In this document: positions 23,601 to 34,226 of the stretch, in pieces
Numbering within the stretch: the stretch's first letter is position 1
Layout: each line of letters begins with the position of its first letter
DNA from: Laetmonice hystrix
Lineage: Eukaryota
Reading direction: 5' to 3'
NCBI GenBank assembly: GCA_965235115.1
Contig: OZ249436.1
Span: 33,046,001-33,110,000 of the forward strand
Length of the DNA: 64,000 nucleotides
Notes under the pieces: generated by a model
Told to the model about the DNA's origin: nothing
Database searches by the model: none
What the model saw: the letters and a program-made list of their open reading frames with translations, nothing else
Position numbers and translations under genes: made by a program

Positions 23601-26600
23601 CGTACTTGTCGGCCAGCAAACGGTCGTCTGCCGGGAGGTCTTTGACCGAGGCTGCTAGGATGGCGCTCGGTAGGCCCTTTACCTGACAGAGTCAGTCGGG
23701 GCAAAATGATAGGAATACAAACAACGGAGTATTTTTAACATCACAAAGAATGGCCTTTCAAACTATGCTAGTCTGCTTTACGAAATAGACATCGCGATTC
23801 AGAAGGAAACTTATTTAGTAGGCCTACTGAGAATCCGTACCTTTCTCCAAAGATAAGCTTGTTGTCTGTTTCTTATTTCCAGGGCTCGTTCTTGACGCAG
23901 GACCTCATGAACTTCATGGTTGGGTAGGAGAACTAAAGAAAGAACAAAAATTCCATGGCGAATCATTCAAGACTATCATCTACACGGGGCATTGTGCGAG
24001 GAAGGCATATTGAAGAAAATAATTAACCATCGTGTACACGCAAGATAATTGCATCTCAGTGGAAGTTTATGAAGAGTGCTGCATATATCATCTTAATTCA
24101 AAAACCTGAAATTCAAAAGATTTTTCACAGTATCGTGAATGTCGCCTGTTTTGGTTAAGATATCAATCTGATACACTGACCGTTACCGGGACGGAGGGTA
24201 ACCTTGGAGAGTACCACCCTGTAGCAGGGGAAAAAACGAATATTGGCGGAGTCTATATCGGCGACACTGACGTAACCCAGCATCCAATCAGATGTCACTT
24301 GTCGGTGTCTCACACCAATCGTCACTGCTAAAATGGTGCCGACTGGTTCCACCCTTATCCGATAGAGGGCCCTGCCCTGGGTTTCCTTCCCGTCCAGCTT
24401 CATGTCAAGACGCTGTGGTGATGTTCGGCCCAGTGTTCCTGGCATTGATAAGAAACAGTATTAGCCTATACAATGCGTAATTATTACGTAATTTCTAAAG
24501 GAAGGAACTGCCAGGAGCCTATATTTTCAAACACATTATCCTGATCGTATAGACTTACAGTACAATATTTCTTGAATTTGTAGGCCTACATTCCCATATC
24601 TAAAAAAAACACAAATAAGGAAATATATGATTCTGAAGGGACGACTTTTTTTTATTATCTCCGATCAGTTTTGATGAACGGAGAATAGAAGTTGGGACTG
24701 CCACCTGTCAATGTGATGAATACGTCGACCCTTGGCTTTCCTTGCGTGCCGTGGCCAGTAGACAACGTTACCAAATAGGGCACCCTATCTCTGTGACTCA
24801 TCACGTCTGTGCTGTCGGCGTTGATTTGATTCATGTTCTTCAGTTCCATGGTGGTGTACATGGTAGAACAGGCTCTGTGGAAGCTCTTGCAATCCCACAC
24901 GGACACAGCTCGTTCTATGACGAGACATGGAGGTCGGTTAACGATGTTGAAGGCAGTTCTGTTTGTCGCCATAGGTGGCAGTGGTGTCGTGAATATCAGG
25001 TTCATCAGATGTAGCCATGGGGAGTTCTCTTCGTTCCATATCTATACTTGTAGAAGAATAGGAAATGTCAGGTAAAAATGATCGAGGCGGGTGTAGACAG
25101 TATAATAATGTATAAGCATAGGGCCACTAGACTCGATCCTTCCATTGTTATATTTTGCCTAATATCAATGTAGCCATTAAGATATACCTCATAATTTAGT
25201 AACATCAATCAAAGTTGAAATCACAAATAACCTCATAGGGAGGCTTAAAACAGCTGGGGCATCTTACCATCTGTGGACTCCACAAATCTAGATCTTCATC
25301 CGTGTTCAGATTATATACCTGAATCTGAAGAGCATATTGCACCGGCCGATCCTCTAGCCTTTTAGCGAATTCTTTCCTCAAATAATCCTCAGACTTATTG
25401 TTCCTTTTGTCCCGGTGGTATTCCCATGGAGTGTACTGTTGGTCCGCATCTAAAAGTCCCGATTCCATGCCTTGGTTATTTCCTGGGACCAGGCGAAACT
25501 TGGCCATGCGTGGTTTCTCGTCGACTGGTATGAATTTATAAGGAAGCTGGGAGTGGTACCGAAGTGTAGCGTACGAGTGAGGAGCTCGGCGTATGGCGTC
25601 TACCAACGCGAAGAAACTAGAAAGTGAGGGTAGAAACCCACCGACCGTCAGAAAGCGTGTTCTTACACAGACAATACAGACGGGAGAGGCCAGTTAACAA
25701 CTATGGAGGGAATACTTCTAGAAAAAGATGTTCCCCCATCCATCCTTTCGTATTGAGGCAGGTACAGCGTCTATCATATGGAATGCATACATCAATGCCT
25801 CACAACCCAATACCCCCTGGCTCCCCCATGCTGTCATGTACCATCCCCTTGCAAATTCTTGGGGGGGGGGGTGATAAGGTTGGGTCATGGTGAATTCACA
25901 GTAAAGTTGAGGTATATTAAAACCGATTCGTGGCCAAAAGGGAAGGTCGCCGCCTTTTATGAACGTTTATGGATTTTTATGCCGTAAACTCATGTTAGGA
26001 GACACATTTTGGAAGACGTTCACGAGGGGACTTACAAGTGCGGGTCCTTGTTGCAAAGGGCCATCATGCCATCAGGAGTTCGAGCGGCCATGACCTCCGA
26101 GAAGGTTTGACAGTTTCGGGCCAGGGCGACACGCCCAGTGAAGAGAAGGAGGTCAAACGGTCCATCCTCATTCTGATCGGCGAACTTGAGGGCAGCCTGA
26201 CGAGGGCACGAGGCGGCGTCATCCTCACATCGAATGGCGCAGTGTCTGCCGAAACGGGGGGAATTAAACCGAGCTTGAGGTCAAACTTGCTGTCAAAGGC
26301 GCATGAGATACATGAGATATTCCGACGTTGTTTATGAAATAAGGCTAAGAAGCCTACAATGCATATCAAATGCGCGTGTTTTTATTTGATCATATTATGT
26401 TTGTTTGCGTCATTGATTGGTCGGTTCAAGGCATGGTCAGGGGGCGAGAAAAGATGCTAAAACCCCATAACCTTATCGCTTATTTGGTTACTTAATGGTA
26501 AGTTGTCGATTTGTACCGATTGGTGGATGGCTTTTTTGTAGTTTGCTCGTTTGTTACCTTACCCCCCAAGGAGAGGGTTTCTAAGATTCTGTGGAACTGG

Positions 26601-27309
26601 TAAGCAAAGATGGCTTTTTCGAATAGTTAATCCTCGAATTTTTGAATGTTTAAACATTTTTTATTTAAAGACATTGAGAGCTTATTCTACTTTGCCTAAA
26701 TAAATACTGACCGTAATCTGACCCTGAAGCGTTTCCCGGGCACAAAGAATTTGGTTTCTGGCACTCTGGAGTCAGGATTGACGACAGCATACCCGACGGC
26801 ACCAATAGCATTGTAATGTTGAGTACCAGCCGGTGACGTGACCGCCTTCTTTACCTTGGACGTCTGGTAGGACAGGCGCGTTTTACTGCCAAGTCCAGGT
26901 TTATGCTTCTACAGACGGCAATTAAAGGAAATAAATATATTAACTTTTCAGTAATTGCGGTAATGCGAGGTGTATTTTTTATTTATTTTTATTTATTTAT
27001 TAAGTTATATTGTTTTATCATATTTAGGCTGTTGTTCAAAACAATAATGCTCCCCCCGTAGAGATATATTTTTGGTTTACTTGAGTTTAGACCAGTTCTG
27101 AATTTCATAATTCGTAGTTTTGTTACGATGAATTACATAATGTTTCCTTTGGCGCCGAATCCTTTAATTGTCTAGGGTTAAAACGTTACCTTGTTTTGTT
27201 TCTCCAATTGTTTCTTGTATTTCTCACGGCCCATCTGACGTCGACAGATTGCGTATGACATGTTCTCCCATACCACCGTGTCTTGCGCACACAGTGTCTC
27301 GGATTCCAT
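20628..27309 (-). CDS. Catalase-related allene oxide synthase-like / PLAT / lipoxygenase fusion protein (AOS-LOX), about 1215 aa, divergent
   Basis: 13 phase-compatible GT-AG coding exons: 27190-27309, 26712-26908, 26036-26245, 25268-25616, 24705-25041, 24181-24438, 23841-23932, 23077-23682, 22747-22939, 22331-22505, 21388-22027, 21104-21269, 20628-20932 (total 3648 nt). AOS-like motifs: RVRLRH, LKFAD..DGPFDL, DAIRRAPHSY, YHSQ, DYLRKEF, TAFNI. PLAT domain. LOX motifs: DDTEFG..GPNP, PLAIQL, WLLAKLWVR, SHMFYCHL, HPVYKLLKPH, YYYRDDG, RHAATH, RRN..L..PY..L.P..VPNS. The last exon is the least certain. Confidence 0.92.
22408..22425 (+). promoter_or_regulatory. CTCF consensus motif overlapping an AOS-LOX coding exon
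   Basis: gaccaccaggtggcagta; on the minus strand these are the codons for Y-C-H-L-V-V. Confidence 0.3.
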
Positions 27310-27467
27310 TCTACAATTCATCCCAATTTTAATGTTTTAATTTGTAAGTCTTACCTTATCGGCATTATCAGTAATGTAGTGAACCATCATCCCACAAATA
27401 AGAATCGATTATCTTTAAGATATGAAAAAACACTTCCGCATCCCCTTATAATTCTGACTGCAGACTT

Positions 27468-28625
27468 GTTCTTGTAGGCCTGTAGATCTACTGACACGCT
27501 CACCTGGCTTCTGGTGTTGTGATGTGACACAACCATAAACTATCGCTGGTAGCATATCCACTATCCAGAAGACAACAGTGTCTTGTAGGCCTGTAGATCG
27601 ACTGACACGCTCACCTTGCGTCTTGTATTGTGATGTGACACAACCATAAACTATCGCTGGTAGCATATCCAGAAGACAACAGTGTCTTGTAGGCCTGTAG
27701 ATCTACTGACACGCTCACCTTGCGTCTTGTATTGTGATGTGACACAACCATAAACTATCGCTGGTAGCATATCCAGAAGACAACAGTGTCTTGTAGGCCT
27801 GTAGATCTACTAACACGCTCACCTGGCTTCTGGTGTTGTGATGTGACACAACCATAAACTATCGCTGGTAGCATATCCAGAAGACAACAGTGTCTTGTAG
27901 GCCTGTAGATCTACTGACACGCTCACCTTGCGTCTTGTATTGTGATGTGACACAACCATAAACTATCGCTGGTAGCATATCCACTATCCAGAAGATAACA
28001 GTGTCTTGTAGGCCTGTAGATCTACTGACACGCTCACCTTGCGTCTTGTATTGTGATGTGACACAACCATAAACTATCGCTGGTAGCATATCCAGAAGAC
28101 AACAGTGTCTTGTAGGCCTGTAGATCTACTAACACGCTCACCTGGCTTCTGGTGTTGTGATGTGACACAACCATAAACTATCGCTGGTAGCATATCCAGA
28201 AGACAACAGTGTCTTGTAGGCCTGTAGATCTACTGACACGCTCACCTTGCGTCTTGTATTGTGATGTGACACAACCATAAACTATCTCATGGTAGAATAT
28301 CCAGAAGACAACAGTGTCTTGTAGGCCTGTAGATCTACTGACACGCTCACCTTGCGTCTTGTATTGTGATGTGACACAACCATAAACTATCGCTGGTAGC
28401 ATATCCAGAAGACAACAGTGTCTTGTAGGCCTGTAGATCTACTGACACGCTCACCTTGCGTCTTGTATTGTGATGTGACACAACCATAAACTATCTCATG
28501 GTAGAATATCCAGAAGACAACAGTGTCTTGTAGGCCTGTAGATCTACTGACACGCTCACCTTGCGTCTTGTATTGTGATGTGACACAACCATAAACTATC
28601 GCTGGTAGCATATCCAGAAGACAAC
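27468..28625. repeat. 104-bp (104-111) tandem array, about 11 copies, just upstream of the first AOS-LOX coding exon
   Basis: Unit agaagacaacagtgtcttgtaggcctgtagatctactgacacgctcacc...gacacaaccataaactatcgctggtagcatatcc; starts at 27671, 27775, 27879 and onward. Confidence 0.95.
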
Positions 28626-31290
28626 CGTGCTGATGGTATGCATATTTCGACCGGAGTCAGACAGACGTCAACCAAACAAAAATTCCATGTCAATCTGAGA
28701 ACGGCTATAACAGTGTGCACTTAATTCGACATGTACAATAAAACTTGATTATACGTATATGAGAGGTATATATTTGTCGTGCCAGGTTGCCGCCATATAC
28801 GACTATTGCTGAGAAATAATCAGATATGAGATCAAGCATCAATCACTAATCTTCTTAATGCAGGCAATGTCAGGTCCGACGACCAGGCATTTTAAGGATA
28901 GACCTACCTGAGCTTCTATTTTCTGTTACAGATTGTTAAAGCGGGCATACCTTTCATTATGGCCGTATCTGGGACATAATTTCTCCACTGGCGAGTCATG
29001 ACTGCTCTCAACTTGGACAAAGAATGGATTTTAGTTGAGATACAGTGTAGTAAGTTAAATTGGGTTGTATACAGACCACGCAGAAACACTTTTTTTCTGT
29101 AGAATGGGGCCAAACATATACCGTATAATTCATTTCCAACTCGTTCCTCTATTCTTGCATATTTAAACGGTTAACTCTGAAGCATCACTCCTGATAAATA
29201 CAAGACGTTAGGTGGTTCAGTAATAGCAAGTCTGTGTTCCACCGGCTACAAGGCTGACCTGTCTGACAGGAGCCGGGGAGTGATGCCCCCGTGAGACCTC
29301 CAGTCCACTGATCCGCAGGGGATTGACGCCTAAGCGACGAAACTTTATCCTGATCCTTTTAAACCCTGCTGAAGTATGTAAAGTTGTAAACGTATCCTCT
29401 ACATAATGGCTGATCGCTGAAGCCATAAATAATATGCGGGGGCGGATCCAGACGCAATGTGTGCATGACCAGTTCAGACCAGCTAAGATTTTTATGCATT
29501 TTATCCACATTTTCTCCATGTCGGCCTAAAATTTTAATTAAAAAAGAAAACCTGGATGCCTGACTGGTTCACGTGAACTTTTTCATTTTCTTTTCATTTT
29601 TATGTGCTCGAAAGGCCAGGCCTTCTCCAAGTACTTGACTTTACATGTTTCTGGGTTACTTTACCATGGTACCGCTGCATATATATGTCGACACGTATAT
29701 ATGTGTGCAGTTGTAGTTAGTATTTAGACAAAGGCAAAGAACGTTATGACATTTACCTAATAGGAAGTATAGTAAAGTATATGTGAATTTCGTATACGAC
29801 CTATATGAGACAACTATGCTATTTTACAGGCTGGATTTTCTCTCTATAACTACTACATGTCAGGATCGCAAATAGAAGCATACCGTCCCTCGACTTCAAC
29901 TTCCTGGATTGTACCCAATGATTCCACCGTAGATCGCGCTTCCGCCAACCTCTTGGAGAAAGAGTTGTCCACCTCCAACAACACTTTACCATCCTTGATG
30001 CTCCACATGGTACTCGTTCCGATGGAACACGTGTCTTTGCACTCCTGTGATCTCAGGAGAGTGGCTCGGTAAGTTGTCCGAGAATACACCTAATTCTTCA
30101 CACCGGTCATGATCAAACATTTTGACCAGCACGCAAGTCCAGTCCAACAAACATGTATCCCTTTATCATTCATGACTTCTCCTTGATCGCATGTGATAGC
30201 TTCTCGCTTCATTTACACAGACTTCGCTCCGTACTGCCTACTACACAGACTCAGTGCCCAGTGTGACATGATCGCTGTTGTTTGCCAACCGGTGGTGCCT
30301 AATAGAGGTACGAACCTTTCCTTTGATCGTGTGATCGGCTAATGTCGCGGTAAGGTTTTAGGAGGCAGTCAAACCTGGATACGCCTCCCTTAACAAGTTA
30401 AGTAGGTATATGTGGGTGTGTAAGTATATCATCCAGTGGCGATATAGCTGCCAGAGAATGACCATATAAAAACGAGCTGAATAATCGGTGGTGAATGAAA
30501 TCATGGATAATAGTGGCCAACAGTTCTTGTTGTACGGCATGTCCTTGCCATTTGAATCATGTAAGAAGTGCGGATACATAGATTTCACACGTTATACTTT
30601 ATCTCACCAAGGCTGCCAATCTGCAACAAGCTCAACTAATGTTTACTTGCAACCTAAGTATTGGCCTCCTTAATCCTGACTTCTGTATCGAAAGATAACG
30701 GGAAAAGAAACGCAAAATCCTTTGGTTTATCAAGTGCAAAATATGTTATTATGACGTTAGACAAGTAGATCTATCAGTTTGGACACTCACAAAATATGGA
30801 AGATATCATTTTCTCTTAGATTGTGGTAGACTGTCTGGTTGACTGACCAAAATAGACATAGGCCTACTAGTAGTGCTTACAAGAGTTCTTCTACAATTAA
30901 TGCAATTGTCATAATCCTATTTGGGTGAGTTTATTAAATTTTCTCATCCGCTTTTAAAACAAAATCCATCGATTCGGTCGACAGCCATTTCTATAGTTGG
31001 TTTCATCTGTGCTTCTTTCTGTCTGTGGCTTCAGCCCATTTAAGATCGATAATAGACATTGAAGTACACGCAAACCTCTACCCTTTACCCTACAAAATAT
31101 ATTTCACAGCCAGGTCATGAATGTCTACATCACTATGGCTAACCTCCACCCCTTTACCTGCTACCCTGACTACCGATGTTATAGATTCCGATATGTTTGT
31201 ACTTGATGCTTCCATATACCGTGTCCCACACTGAACGGTCCACTCCCGGAAGCCCTGCGTCGACTTCAGACAGAGATGACATCTATGGCC

Positions 31291-32238
31291 AAGATTCGTC
31301 ACCATTGGAGATGTTGTTTTTCAGAGTTGATGGGTTCTCGCTGTGTGCAGACATGTAAAGATTCGTCACCATTGGAGATGTTGTTTGGAGTTGATGGGTT
31401 CTCGCTGTGTGCAGACATGTAAAGATTCGTCACCATTGATGGGTTCTCGCTGTGTGCAGACATGTAAAGATTCGTCACCATTGGAGATGTTGTTTGGAGT
31501 TGATGGGTTCTCGCTGTGTGCAGACATGTAAAGATTCGTCACCATTGGAGATGTTGTTTGGAGTTGATGGGTTCTCGCTGTGTGCAGACATGTAAAGATT
31601 CGTCACCATTGGAGATGTTGTTTGGAGTTGATGGGTTCTCGCTGTGTGCAGACATGTAAAGATTCGTCACCATTGGAGATGTTGTTTGGAGTTGATGGGT
31701 TCTCGCTGTGTGCAGACATGTAAAGATTCGTCACCATTGGAGATGTTGTTTGGAGTTGATGGGTTCTCGCTGTGTGCAGACATGTAAAGATTCGTCACCA
31801 TTGGAGATGTTGTTTTTCAGAGTTGATGGGTTCTCGCTGTGTGCAGACATGTAAAGATTCGTCACCATTGGAGATGTTGTTTGGAGTTGATGGGTTCTCG
31901 CTGTGTGCAGACATGTAAAGATTCGTCACCATTGGAGATGTTGTTTGGAGTTGATGGGTTCTCGCTGTGTGCAGACATGTAAAGATTCGTCACCATTGGA
32001 GATGTTGTTTGGAGTTGATGGGTTCTCGCTGTGTGCAGACATGTAAAGATTCGTCACCATTGGAGATGTTGTTTGGAGTTGATGGGTTCTCGCTGTGTGC
32101 AGACATGTAAAGATTCGTCACCATTGGAGATGTTGTTTGGAGTTGATGGGTTCTCGCTGTGTGCAGACATGTAAAGATTCGTCACCATTGGAGATGTTGT
32201 TTGGAGTTGATGGGTTCTCGCTGTGTGCAGACATGTAA
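31291..32238. repeat. 64-bp tandem array, about 15 copies, overlapping the 3' end of the 322-aa ORF
   Basis: Unit tggagatgttgtttggagttgatgggttctcgctgtgtgcagacatgtaaagattcgtcaccat; two 67-bp variants and one shortened copy. Confidence 0.97.
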
Positions 32239-33086
32239 GGAGTCCCGTCCACCGACCCCATGGTGGTCTGGGACGATTTAGATCGGAGTCGAGAGCGAGG
32301 CTGACCAGCAGACGGCGTCCGTTGCAACAGGATCTTGTAGGGTTTCCATTTTGGATGGTCCATATCTATTGGTGCATCCGAAAGACTATCCGATATCGAA
32401 TCGGTATTGAAATCGTCAAAGTTTTGTTTTTCTTTTACACTCTGGAGAAATGTGTCAAAATCTAATGTGCTCATCATGGGGTTCTCCTCTGGTTTCGGCG
32501 GCGCTCGACCTCTTTTTCTGAGGAGACCATTGGGTGGGGCGCTCCCAGGTGTGGTAATGGCAATCTCTCTGAGCGACTTCACAATTAATGATAATGGTGA
32601 TCTGTCTAGTGAATGTTTATGTTCGCGTACCGTCGGCATTCCTTCCAGAAGACTCGGTACGCGCTGACTATTTGCACGTGACGTAGTAACATATTCGGGT
32701 AGTCCCATTCGATCACTCGGGGTCAATCCCGTGTCTGTAACATCAAAATCATACCGTTCGGTTGCGTCTAGCACGTCTTTCCGAACGCTTCTCCTGACGT
32801 CATCAGTCAAGGCAGCGTCACCCAGAGCTCCGCGGTTATGTCTTGGGTTAGAACGTCTGAGAATGCTCAGTTCTCTGGGTAACTGTTCCTGGAAGTATAT
32901 CTCTCTGATCTTCTGCTGAATTCGATGTACTCTCCGACTGCACTTTCTCTCCAGGTCATCGACATGGGACTTGGTGGAGAGTGAGTGTGTCTGGTTTCGA
33001 CGATAAACTCGAAGGAATCGATCACTGTTGGACACGAGATCCACGGCTAAAACAGGCCGCCTCGACTTCCAACCGTATCCATCCAT
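32118..33086 (-). CDS. Intronless orphan ORF, 322 aa; N-terminal coiled-coil-like segment; C-terminus encoded inside the 64-bp array
   Basis: Non-repetitive open frame from 33086 to ~32238, then two repeat units. Segment DDLERKCSRRVHRIQQKIREIYFQEQL. Confidence 0.7.
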   Translation of the reverse strand: MDGYGWKSRRPVLAVDLVSNSDRFLRVYRRNQTHSLSTKSHVDDLERKCSRRVHRIQQKIREIYFQEQLPRELSILRRSNPRHNRGALGDAALTDDVRRSVRKDVLDATERYDFDVTDTGLTPSDRMGLPEYVTTSRANSQRVPSLLEGMPTVREHKHSLDRSPLSLIVKSLREIAITTPGSAPPNGLLRKRGRAPPKPEENPMMSTLDFDTFLQSVKEKQNFDDFNTDSISDSLSDAPIDMDHPKWKPYKILLQRTPSAGQPRSRLRSKSSQTTMGSVDGTPYMSAHSENPSTPNNISNGDESLHVCTQREPINSKQHLQW

Positions 33087-34226
33087 TTGTTCTTTTATCT
33101 TTTCTTTATCAAGCGGAGATGTTCAAGAGCACCCTGATAATGTGCCTGCCAGTTACCAGGTTCTGAATCCTCTTACAGTGTAATCTCCACCTGGGTGTCA
33201 AGTAAAGGCTCTCTATACTTTATGTGTATCACAAGCCCTTCGTCGACTCATGCGGATAATTATACCAAACATAACGTAATTAACCCCACGGTATACGTCA
33301 TACGTGGCAGATCGTTACCCGGGTGAGAACCACCCCATCCTCAGTGGTTGTTCACACTGGGTCCATGGGTTTACTGCACGGTCTGAGCCCCACAGTGTAA
33401 CTCCGTCATCATGAAGGAGGGTATGGTAACAGTTTAGTCCTGTCTTCACGCTCGATCTACGGTCAGGGGAGGGGTGAACAACTGGGCCCGGGGGTGAGGC
33501 CTATCAGAGCACAAATTAATTACAAATGATGGATGCAGTAGATGAAATATCTGGGGGTGTACACCACGCATGTGTGCACGGATTAAATTCTATTTTATTA
33601 CTGGTTTACTATTTTCTGTTCCCGATGAAACAACGTCGTACCTTTGAAGTACCTCACCCCCCCCCCCCCGACACACACACACGGCCGGAGTTCAACTCCA
33701 GTAGAGGACTATACAACTTTTTTTCTTTCCGGACATTCTCAAAGTAAGTGGTGCCTGATGCCCGTGCATCTAAAGAAATCACACGCCCCAGTCCCACACC
33801 AATGCTGACCAAGGTTATAGACCGCCCGTGATCAAACAACCGGATGGTCCATCAGAATTGGCACTCGTCGCCCTGATTCTAAACTGTGAAATTGTTCCTG
33901 CTCCCTCCGATAAAACTGTCAAGCTCACCTCCTGCCGCAATGTTTTCCTTCTGTCGGTGTTGAGGGTTGTTTCCACAGTAACATGCCACGGGGTTAGTAT
34001 ATTACAAGTGGTGTAGTTAAGTGCAAGCATTCATTAATATGCGACCACGACACAGTGAATCGTCCATACAGGGGTATTGATGCAATTGTTCATGGCTCGT
34101 ATACACGCTTAGGTTTTCACATAGCTAATATCTTGAAAACCAGAGCCAGACCTCTATCTACGAAAGATGCATTTTACCTTTTAACACACTGGACAATATA
34201 GAAACAGATAGCGGCATCTATACACC

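Noticed and set aside
26064-26369. Track ORF MICIVGFLALF... as the AOS exon
   Set aside because: Wrong frame. The true exon (26036-26245) is read in another frame: RHCAIRCEDDA...DGPFDLLLFTG.
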